DNA of 64,000 nt from Mobula hypostoma (Eukaryota), in assembly GCF_963921235.1 (NCBI RefSeq), contig NC_086108.1, positions 36,210,001 to 36,274,000 on the forward strand, written 5' to 3'. The position numbers and the translations under genes are program-made. Within the stretch, counting starts at the first letter, position 1; every line of letters starts with the position of its first letter. Positions 36,599 to 47,956 of this stretch are shown piece after piece. The notes below the pieces were generated by a model, which worked only from the letters and a program-made list of their open reading frames with translations, was not told where the DNA came from and did no database searches.

Positions 36599-39500
36599 GA
36601 GTTGAGAAGAAATCACTTCATCCAAAGGGTAGTGAATCACTTTGAGAGGTGCAGAAGCTCAGTCACGGAGTAAATTCCAGAAAGAGATTAATGGATGTTT
36701 TTTGTATCACATTAAATTATTTCCTCAAATACATATTCAAATCCCCTTTGAAGGCCTTGATATATTTTTCTACTCTCCTTGCAAGATAATGAGTTCCAGA
36801 TCATAACTGTTCAGGTATCCCCTTTTTCAACTAGTGTGTCTCCTCTGTTCTTCATGATCAATACTTGAAATCTGCGTCCCTGGATCTGAAACACCTTCTT
36901 TCCACCAATATAAAGGCACTTCTTAAAAAAAAAGTTGGAAGTGGCTATTTAGTACATTGTATCAGCCATTCAATAAAAATAGCACTGCTTTCCTGCACCA
37001 ACCCTCTATTTAAAAAAAAATCATGTCAATTTCTGTTTTGAATACACTCAATACTTGTACCTATATATCCGTCTTGGTGGAAAGTTCAAAAGATTCGCAG
37101 GCAACTAGGTGAAGAAATGTTTCAGTGAAATTACTCCATATTTTTCTAAAATCAAAATGGGCCAGACAGATTAACTGTCTTTTATAATATATGCAACATT
37201 ATAGGACTTGATCTGATGAACCTTTGCTGCACTCTCCCTGTTGCAAGCATATCCTTTTCCAGGTGAAACAACCAGGCTTATACACGGTATTACAGATGCT
37301 GTCTTGCTAGGATTCTATTAAATTTGTGCAAAATGCCTGATCTCAAATCCCCTTACTGTAAAGATCAGCGTGCTATTTACCTTTCTGATTCCTTGCTGAA
37401 CTTGCTGTTTTACTTTGAGTGATTTATGTATTGGGACACTGTTGTCCCTCTCATATTTGTCTGTCTCTTGCTACTTAACAGCTGCCCCAGCTTATTTTTT
37501 CCCTACTAAAGTGGGATTGCATTATATTATCTACATTTGTGTCTGCATTTCTGCATTTTATCTGCATCATATGTCATTTTTCATGTCCTTGCCTATTCAT
37601 TTAAAGTGGATGTACAGGTACAAGTCTGAAGCCTATCAGCATCCTTTTCACTGTTAGATTTGTACAATCAGCAAACTTGTACATCTTGGTATTAACTGAG
37701 GACAGCTGGAGCTGGTGTACTGATCCATACAGCATCTGACTGGTCTTTGAGTTATGATTGTTGACTTTTTTATGCGTGTTAACCAATCCTCAATCCATAC
37801 CCAGTCTATTATTCCCAAGGTCATGTGATTTCTTTGTAGATTATATCTGGTGTGGCAATTTACCAAAGGCTTTATGGAACTCCAGAAACACCACATTAAC
37901 CAGTTAAATCTTCAAAACAAATTCACAATATTTGTCAAGATTATGTCCAGCCTTGTTATTTTTCAAAGGCCCCATTAGCACTTCTTTAATAATAAATTCC
38001 GGGCTAAGTTGTCTTCAGTTTCTTGTTTTTTTCTCTCTTGCTCTTATCTATGGGAGCTCGTGCATTATGCTTCTGTTTACTGCTAGCCTACTCTTTATTC
38101 TTGTTTCCTTTCCTGCTTTGGTGCTTCTTTGCTAAATTCTGAAATTCACAATTTCCAGGCTTAATTTTGGGCAATATAAATCTTTTCCTTGATCTTGGAG
38201 GGTTATTTATTACCTGGAATCATTGCATTATTTCTTTACAAGCTAGGAATTCCTTGTTTGATGTCATTCCCAATGTAGGCATGAGCTGGCTATCGCGAGT
38301 TCATACCTTTGTAAATTAGAATCATAGAGTTTACAATATGGAAACAGATCTTTCACCCCACCGAGGCTGACCTGCTTAGCCATGATCACTAATTCCATAA
38401 AGGCGCAGATTAAGACTATAATCCTGTAATCTTCTAAACTTTGCCTATTTAAGTGCCTCTCTCCTACTTCAATTATATTGGAGCTAAATTAATTTAACTT
38501 TTCATATACATTTCTGTCATATTACTCTTCCTTTAAAGAGGCAGATATATTTGGGGCATTTAAGAAACTCTTAGATAGGTACATGGATGATAGAAAAATG
38601 CAGGGCTATGTGGGAGGGAAGGGTTAAATTAATCTTGGAGTAGGCTGAAAGTTTGGCACAACATCATGGACCATATTACTGGCTATAATAGTCTGTGACT
38701 TTCAGTACGCAGTTCTGGATCCAAAGCATCCCATTGCTTTTCTGGTTTCTCAATATACTGATCGAGGAAACCATGTCTTAAGAACTCCATGAATTCATCC
38801 ATTTATGCAGTTAATAATTTGGTTTACTGATTAAAATTTATGATTTAATGATTAAATGTTTTGTGTTACTGCTATACGATTATTACATAAACTTCTAATT
38901 TTCTAACCTGTACTCTGCCCTACATTGCTGCTACCATCTGAGGGCTTCTATTCAGTCCTCTTCTGCTTTTTGCTGCTTATTAGCTCTTTCAGTCCAGCTA
39001 GTCCACGCTGACCAAGCTGCAGAGCCACATTAATACCACTTCCCTCCAACTGGCCAATTTCCTTCTATTACTTTACAATATCAAATGATTTTTAAAAGCT
39101 GTTATTGTATTTGACTGTACCACTTCTTCTGGCAGCTTATTCCATGCATCCACTGATTGAAAATTTACTCCTCAGATGTCTTGAAGATCTGAACTAAAAT
39201 CCTTCAATTTATGCTTTTGTCATTATTTAATATCAGAGCTACCCCTCAATTTTCTTTGTTGTACAACAATCCAACCTTCTCCCATGGATCTTTGTAGCAA
39301 ATTGCCTGCAAGGTGATACCAACCTAGTTGGTGTAAAGTTTTCTAGTGTACCAGTAAAAATATAATCAAATGGATTTAATTTCTTGACAATTTCACTAGG
39401 GTTTAGAATTAGTTCTTTTTTTTTGATGATACTTATTCTTGCCAATTTGCCTGTAAAATCCAATTTCTGAAATAAATAGAGGTCATCACACAACATACCA

Positions 39501-41444
39501 ATTTCTTGATACACACTATTTGATTATTTTAAAATATCCTCTCAGATCAGTTTGTCAAAACATGTGCTTGTTTCTGTAGAGCTGACTTGTTCCTGAGGAA
39601 GACCTTTTCAGTTCTCGACCTGGTATTCTCAGCCTGCTTTCACTTCCAAAATGAACCCATCTCTCAAAAATCTCAGTTTTGAGATTTATTGTTTCTGTAT
39701 TCTTCTATACTCTTCCAGCTGTTCTCTAACCTTTCACACTTAATATACTTGACATCATTAAAAACTCATCCAGAGGCCAATACAATTTTAAAATTCTTGT
39801 TCTTGTTTTCAGTTCTCTCTTTTGTTCTCTGTGTCATTTCTTCCTGTCCTCCAGGATCTCTGCACTCCTCTCTTTTTGGACTTCTGTGCATCCCCAGTTA
39901 ACATCTCTTCACCTGCAGCTATACTTTACACTATCTACCCCCATGTTCTTTACTCTCCTCTCCTGTCCTCAGATCATTATGCGGCCTGGCATCATATTTT
40001 TAATCATTGCTGTGATAAACTCTGGGATATTTTATTACATTAAGGGTATTTTAAATTTTGCTTTGTTTTTTATGGATGCATTTGCATTTTCATTAGCATT
40101 TGGGGAAAATAGGATTTTTCTAGTTATCTAAAAAATTAAAGTTATGTCAACTTTGTCTCTAAAACAGAATTAAGCTTAAATTAACAGCTATAGACTGTGA
40201 GAATTTACCTTGATAACATTAATATTAGAATTTTTGTTTTCTTCCCTTAATTGTGAATGCTCCCTTTTTGTTGCAACATTTTCACTTATACTTTTACTCT
40301 TCTGAACTTTTGCGCTGCAAAGATGACATAGACTGGTGCATTCCTCAAGTTATCTCTAGCCTGTATGCGCATTTTGAAAGCTGCACAAGATATTCTGAAA
40401 ACAAAATGAACAAAAATGTAAATTTTGTATATTTATTTTATTGATAATATAAAATTCACCATCATTGGCATCTCCCAGGAGAATCTTTGCTTTTCTGTCT
40501 AAAGAGTGAAGAGTGGTTTGATTAGGATGACAGGTGGGTACACAGGCTAATTAACCTTGGTTTCTGCATTGTGCCTCAAGGGAGGTGAAAAAGATTTCTT
40601 ATGCACACATGTAGGCAGAAGTTCAGCAAAACATGTTCAAGTTCTCCAGTGTTATTATGATTATCTGTGGCCCAAAGCGAAGTACCACACTAGTGTCTTC
40701 AATAATATCTACATTCAAGACTTTCAGAGGCAATCATCACTCTTTGGAAGGGGCAATAGCTGACTCCAGCCTCACAAAGTGAGCATTCATTGGCTATATC
40801 CCAGAGCAATTTATTTATCTGATCCCACCTTCCTGCCAACTTAACTGTCAAGAGGTCAAAAAGGCCATTTGCTTCATGAAAATCAAGGCCTTGTGGTCAG
40901 AACCTCAGTCACAAATCTACAACCTTATTTCCCACTTCTGAGAAAAGAAGTACTTGCCAGTACCATCAGTCACCATACACATATTCAAAGAAGGAGACAA
41001 AGCCTACAAAGGTAGCCACTATCTAAACTCTGCCACAGGTAAAATTATTGACAGGCTCCTTTTAAATTGCGACTTCCTGGTCACCAAAAAGCTACTTTGA
41101 AAATCACAGTTTAGATTCCGTACAGCTAGGTGCACAATCCTCACCACACAACTCCGGGAAAAATGTGGCACTTTATGTGGTCTTTTCCTCCTCATGGAAG
41201 TCTTGGACCCTGTCAATAAAGAAGGATTGTGGTGTGTTCTTTTAAAATTTATCTTCATTTCACATTTGTCTCATAATCTTATGTGATCCCTGGTCCTTAA
41301 CAATGAGACCACAGCATGTCCATTTTTGTGTGTAGGTTGGTGTTGAGCAAGACTGTGTCATTGCCCAGGCAGTTTCTTGTTAGTCTTTCTGACCATGCTG
41401 CCTCCTCTCATTTCCAGCAAGCTTCCTGCTGAAATTGAACTTAT

Positions 41445-42132
41445 TGTAGCCCCCCCCCCCCCCGGCCACCCTCAGGGTCGCTCGGCTCGCTGTCGTCTAG
41501 GGAAACAGCCTCGGCCCCGCCAAACTGGATAATTCGTTTGTGTGGATGCTGTGTGAGGTACCCCACCCCGCCCAAATAACAGACTGGTATTAAATGATTT
41601 ACAGTTTATAGATATTACTGGAACTATATAATTAAAAGAGAATAAAATATAAAAGGAAAATAAAAGGCGCCACACTTATCGAAGTTCAATCTCTTCGTGC
41701 ACAAAAACCGTTGGAGCTCAAGGACCTTCTTCACCCTGCGACCCCCTCGGACCACCTCGACCGGCCGCCTGGGACCAACAACGGTGGTTGACCAGACGCT
41801 CCACACGAGTCCGTCTCCGTCTCCTCGCCGAACATCCCGCTTGGGGTCCGACCCCGTTAGCGGACTCACAGCACCTCGTCCATCCTCTGTCTCGCTCTCC
41901 CGCCTTCTGCCCCAAAACCCCGCGCATACAGTATCTTCAAATACACCAAAACCATAACAACTATCCCAATTGGTTAATAGCACTCTCTTATCAGACTCTA
42001 AAGCAAAAACAAACTGTTAGCACAAACTTTCTCAGTGTTTAACACAACAAAGCCGCATTCCCCAGATTAACGTAACAAAGACGCCATCTTAATTAGCCTC
42101 CGCAGTAACATAAAAATCGAAACCCCCTTACA
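41445..42132 (-). mobile_element. Solo LTR (688 bp, Gypsy/ERV-like)
   Basis: TGTA...TACA termini with perfect 4-bp TSD TTAT; CpG-rich, so probably young; strand is inferred. Confidence 0.85.
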
Positions 42133-42505
42133 TTATCTACAAGACAGATAGGAACTATTTAGTCCTTGTCATCTCCATTCTTGATTACTCAAGGTTATTC
42201 TAACTTTCGGAGTGGAATTGCAATCTCCTTATAATACTGGGCTATGCTCAAGTTTGAAGGCTGAGCTCCATTCAACAGCACATCCAGCAAAGCATGTGAG
42301 AGGATGGGCCTTGCACTCAAGTCTTTCAAAACAGAAGCCCTTTACTCACCTTCCCCACTTTACAAGTCTTCCCTCTCACAATAAAGGTCCACAATGAAAC
42401 TTTAGGTAAACAACAGGAATTCTGCAGATGCTGGAAATTCAAGCAACATGCATCAAAGTTGCTGGTGAACGCAGCAGGCCAAGCAGCATCTATAGGAAGA
42501 GGCGC

Positions 42506-42541
42506 AGTCGACGTTTCAGGCCGAGACCCTTCGTCAGGACT
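42506..42541 (-). ncRNA. Minimal hammerhead ribozyme motif
   Basis: Exact reverse complement of AGTCCTGACGAAGGGTCTCGGCCTGAAACGTCGACT. Confidence 0.8.
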
Positions 42542-42570
42542 AACTGAAGGAAGAGACTCTTCCTTCAGTT

Positions 42571-42606
42571 AGTCCTGACGAAGGGTCTCGGCCTGAAACG
42601 TCGACT
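42571..42606 (+). ncRNA. Minimal hammerhead ribozyme motif
   Basis: AGTC CTGACGA AGGGTCTCGGCCT GAAAC GTC GACT; predicted cleavage after 42602. Confidence 0.8.
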
Positions 42607-43080
42607 GCGCCTCTTCCTATAGAAAGTTTAGGTAATTTGGGTTACTTTGAATATCTCACTGGGCACTTCTCAGTGAGGGCAGACACAGGTGATCAAATCA
42701 TAAATTACTTCGTTGTGAAAATGTTTGAGGAAAAGGATATTTGAAGATCAAGACCTGAAACCTCTTGCATACTTTTGCTGACACCAGGCACCTTGGTGAA
42801 CTGGAAAGATAGTATCAATTCTATCTGCTTAGTTTTCCAAATTCACTGCCAAACCAAGTGAACCAAATGTCTTCTTCCAGACCTACATCACTGACTTGTT
42901 TCTACAACCTATGGACTCATTTTTAGGGACTCTTCATTTCATGTTCTCAATAGTAATAGCTTATTTATCTTTCTATCTATCTATCGATCGTTATTTATTT
43001 ATTTATGGTATTTGCACAGTTTGTTGCCTTTTGCAAATTTGTTGTTTGTCCGCCTTGCTGTATGTGGGCTATGGCTGATT

Positions 43081-43162
43081 CCTGACGAAGGGTCTCAACC
43101 CGAAGCCCTCTTCCTATAGATGCTGCCTGGCCTGCTGCGTTCACCAGCAATTTTTATGTGTG
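43081..43162 (+). mobile_element. PLE terminal-repeat fragment with a deleted hammerhead
   Basis: CCTGACGAAGGGTCTCAACCCGAA followed by loss of the cleavage site; TSD ATGGCTGATT at 43071-43080 and 43163-43172; sits within a LINE 3' UTR remnant. Confidence 0.85.
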
Positions 43163-43924
43163 ATGGCTGATTCTATTGTGTTTCTTGGATTTACTTTGTA
43201 GGCCCACAAGAAAACAATTCTCTGGGTTATATATGGCGACATCAGCATAAGTGCTGAAAGGACCACGTTGTTTCACAAACTACCTATCCACCGGCCCCAT
43301 TGAGCAACTTCCCTGTGTGTCACAAAGCCAGTGGGTGCCTTATCAGCCTCATCAGTCACTTAAGAACCCAAAGAGCTAGAGCAGAAATGAGTTGTCTGTG
43401 ATTCCAAGAGATTATCTAAGAAAGGAACCCCCATGAGATTTTGAAACAGAATATATAATTCATAAAGTAAAATAAACAAAAGAGTAAACAGCCTCCAAGA
43501 GTGCTTTTTATTGATTTTTACCTTCAAGTTCAAGTTTATCGTCGTTGAGTTGTATACTTGTATACTGCCAACTGAAACAACTGTCTTCTGAGCCAAGGTG
43601 CACAACACAGTACATATAACTCACTGACAGCATGTAAGTAATCTTACCACATATAAATTAATAAACAAAATATATTCCAGAAGATTAACGCATGGAATCT
43701 CAAACCCTCCGGATGTTTTTACAAGTGAAAATTGTTAGGGACTAATGAAACAATGTAATAAAAAGCACTGAAAATAATATTTTCTTCACTCTTGGATATC
43801 AATTAGTATTGGGCAAATTACATTTTAATTGACTATTGACTAGCATTGTTACACTTATTGCAACCTAAGTAAATTTTTCACTTTTCCTCAAATAAGACTT
43901 CTTCGAGTTAAATTAACAGAACAT

Positions 43925-44320
43925 AACATTGATTGTGAGGTGTGATTCAGTAGTAGTTCACATACCTTTCAGTTAAATGACCATGGGTTTGAAGTCCTCT
44001 AAAGGAAACTTCAGTATGGTATTTCAAGAATATTATAGTAAAGCAGGAGCTGTCTTTCAGTTAAGATGATAAATGAACAAAAAATATCACAATATCCCAT
44101 GGCACTTTTCAAAGGTCAACAGGGGATTTGTCACCAGAACAACATTTGTCTCCAGATGTCCTGAACAACATTTATCTTTGTAGCGATGCTGTTAGTGCAG
44201 ATTATCTTGCCATTTATCTTTCTTGTGTTGAAGCTGCTGGAATTTCCAATCTGTCTGGTCAGTGGAAAAAAATACCTTACTGCTTGTCAAGTAGTTTTGA
44301 ATGTCATGATAAAAAGTGCG
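43925..44320 (+). mobile_element. Ancient DeuSINE (SacSINE1/AmnSINE1-like core)
   Basis: GCTGTCTTTCAGTTAAGATG..ATCCCATGGCACTTTTC..AGGGG..GATGTCCTG resembles the remembered Deu-domain; degraded tRNA-like head upstream. Confidence 0.6.
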
Positions 44321-45428
44321 TAGCAGATCCAAATCATTTCTCTGAATACCTGTGCTAACTACACATATTCGATATTGAATGTGTGTACCGTGATCTTAGC
44401 CAACCTCAGCCTTGGAGTGAAGTTGATGCATTGTATTGATGATGGAACAAAATTGCAGTCAGTGGGAGGAGTTGAAGTGTACAAAACGTGGCAAAATTGA
44501 AAAGGATGATGAGTACAGGATTGAAGGTGTTATATTTGAATGCATGCAGTATATAGAATAAGGTGAATGATACTGTACAGTTGGAGATTGTCGGTTATGA
44601 CATTGTGGGCGTCACTCAGTCACGGCTGAAGAGGATCATAGTTGGGATGATATACCTTGCATCGAAAGGACAGGCAGGTAGAAGAGGGGGTGGGGTGCAT
44701 TGTTGCTTTAGTTCAAATTGGAATTTCTCATTATCTTGTGCAGCATAGTTGTGCTTTTTTTTTGTGATTGGTTGTACAAAAAATATAACAAGCTGCTTCA
44801 GCGAACATTTTGGGACATTTATGTTAATCCAGCCTGTTGTATTACTTTTCAGCTAAGATTTTTGTCCTTATTTTAATTTGAGAAATAAGGCACAGGGGTG
44901 TAAGTATGGATAACACCTAATTCAGCAAACTTAAGCTGCAGCAGTGAACTCTCATTTTATGTAATTAACCTGTAGTTAAATTGTACAATCCAGAAGTATC
45001 ATATTGATTCCAACAATGTTGTGCTTTCTGATTTCAAATGGGATGACACAAAGGTGGTGCAATTACCTGCCACAATTCCGCTCAGTTGGGCTATCTTGGT
45101 AAAGATTCATACTCCTTGTTACCCTAATTTTTCAGCTCTTAACATGTTCTTGCATCAGTAAACATGTTCTTTCATGTGATTGGGAATGATTAGGAAATTG
45201 CAGAATTTTAACTATGTTTAATGAATACGCATTGATGTTTGATTTGCTTTATTGTATTGTCTCCCTCACATTGTCATTGTATCCCCCTTTTAGAATTTTT
45301 AACTGTATTTACGCCTCTGCAAGTATGGTTTCCCTATATGTAGATGAGTTGTTAAATTTACCACTTTGCCATTTTATGATTCAAAGCTCTAATGTTTTGT
45401 TTAAATCATATTGAGCTTAAATTGTTGA

Positions 45429-45731
<303 letters not shown>

Positions 45732-46550
45732 TAAAGCTGCTTGAATTAGTATGTACCGTGAGGGAAATGATACTTTGTCTTGATGTACACTTTTAAAACA
45801 ATTTTAGTTTGCATATTTAATTAGTTAATTACAGCCATATTTAATTTGAACACTGTACTAATTCTGTGCAAGGGGAAAAGGACCTTGGTGATTGTAGGGA
45901 TGACTTACAGTGGATTGAAAGGCTTGAGCACACAGACATTAAGAAAGAGGATGCGCTGGAGCTTTTGGAAAGCATCAAGTTGGATAAGTCACCGGGACCG
46001 GTCTAGATATACCCCAGGCTACTGTGGGAGGTGAGGGAGGAGATTGCTAAGCCTCTGGCAATGATCTTTGCATCATCAGTAGGGATGGGAGGAGTTTTGG
46101 AGGATTGCAGATGTTGTTCCCTTATTCAAGAAAGGGAGGTAGAGATAGTCCAGGAAATTATAGACCAGTGAGTCTTACTTCAGTGGTTGGTAAGTTGATG
46201 GAGAAGATCCTGAGAGGCAGGATTTATGAACATTTGGAGAGGCATAATATGATTAGGAATAGTCAGCATGGCTTTGTCAAAGGTAGGTCGTGCCTTACGA
46301 CCCTGATTGAATTTTTTTGAGGATGTGACTAAACACATTGATGAAGCTAGAGCAGTAGATGTAGTGTATATGGATTTCAACAAGGCATTTGATAAGGTAC
46401 CCCATGCAAGGCTTATTGAGAAAGTAAGGAGGCATGCGATCCAAGGGGGCTTTGTTTTGTGGATCCAGAATTGGTTTGCCCACAGAAGGCAAAGAGTGGT
46501 TGTAGACGAGTCATATTCTGCACGGAGGTCAGTGACCAGTGGTGTTCCTT

Positions 46551-46897
46551 TGAGGAAGTATATGCAAAATTAAAAGGGCTAAAACCTAACTGACCTATTG
46601 GCAGCTTGACAAATTGTGCTGATAGAATATTGTATGAACAAAGAAGGGTTTGTTGCATGAGAAACTTCTCGGTCTACCCGTATCAAAATATGTGATAATA
46701 GTGTATATCAACAGCTCCACACAGTATTCTGGGTTCAGTGGCTGCAGATTTTCCCAAGCTCGGTGATCAGGGACCCTGTTTTGCAAACTGAGTGCACAAG
46801 CTTGCTAATAAACAGTATGTACATTTAAGTAAACTGTGCTTGACAATTATTCCCTGGGTCTGAACCTAAAGGCCTCCGTTAGAGAGGCAGATCGACA
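46551..46897 (+). mobile_element. Solo LTR (347 bp, ERV-like) inserted in CR1 RT
   Basis: TG...CA termini, 4-bp TSD CCT(T/C) splitting GVP|QGSV; AATAAA at ~46807. Confidence 0.75.
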
Positions 46898-47067
46898 CCT
46901 CAGGGATCTGTTCTAGGACCCCTTTCTTAATGATGTTACGCTCAGTTATATTGGCTCATATATGTCTAGGGGAAATCCCACCCAGCACCTGCCTCAACAC
47001 TTCCCATGGAGTCGGTTGCCACCCGAATCAATCCCAAACATCAATCATCAGCCAGCACACCCAGTAC

Positions 47068-47140
47068 GCAAATTTACAAACCCATCCCTCCACTTCCTCA
47101 TCCTGGATGAGGAAGTGGAGGGATGGGTTTGTAAATTTGC
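47068..47140. repeat. Perfect 36-bp fold-back of CR1 sequence
   Basis: 47068-47103 is the exact reverse complement of 47105-47140. Confidence 0.97.
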
Positions 47141-47956
47141 TGATGACACAAAGGTTGAAGGTGTTGTGGATAGTGTAGAGGGCTGTCAGAGGTTACTGCG
47201 AGATATTGATATTTGCAAAACTGGGCTGAGAAGTGGCAGATGGAGTTCAACCCAGATAAATGTGAGGTGGTTCAATTTGGTAGGTCAAATATGATGGCAG
47301 AATATAGTATGAATGGTAAGACTCTTGGTGGTGTGAAGATTCAGAGTCCGAGTCCATAGGACACTCAAAGCTGCTGTGCAGGTTGACTGTGTGGTTAAGA
47401 AGGCATACGGTGTATTGGCCTTCATCAACCGTGGGATTGAGTTCAAAAGCCGAGAGGTAATGTTGCAGTTATATAGGACCCTGGTCAGACTCCACTTGGA
47501 GTACTGTGCTCAGTTCTGGTCACCTCACTACAGGAAGGATGTGGAAACCATAGAAAGGGTGCAGAGGAGACTTACAAGGATGTTGTCTGGATTGGGGAGC
47601 ATGCCTTATGAGAATAGGTTGAGTGAACTCGGCCTTTGCTCTTTGGAGCGGTGGAGGATGAGAGGTGACGTGATAGAGTTGTATAAGATGATGAGAGGCA
47701 TTGATCATGTGGATAGTCTGAGGCTTTTTACCCAGGGCTGAAATGGCTAACAAGAGAGGGCACAGTTTTAAGGTGCCTGGAAGTAGGTACAGAGGAAATG
47801 TCAGGGGTAAGTTTTTTAGGCAGAGAGTGGTGAGTGCGTGGAACAGGCTGCTGGCGACGATGGTGGAGGCGGATACAATAGGGTCTTTTAAGAGACGCTT
47901 GGATCGGTACATGGAGCTTAGAAAAGTAGAGGGCTATAGGTAACCCTGGGTAATTT

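Larger units (their letters stand above)
42410..42621. mobile_element. Palindromic PLE-terminus mini-insertion with two hammerheads
   Basis: Perfect 67-bp arms 42489-42555 / 42557-42623 with 1-nt spacer; TSD GAAA(C/G)TTTAGGTAA at 42396-42409 and 42622-42635. Confidence 0.92.
45930..47956 (+). mobile_element. CR1 LINE with three secondary events; its tail continues at 51487-51540
   Basis: GNYRPVSLTSVVGK, YMDFNKAFDKVPH, KFADDTK, HLEYCAQFWSP. Confidence 0.9.
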
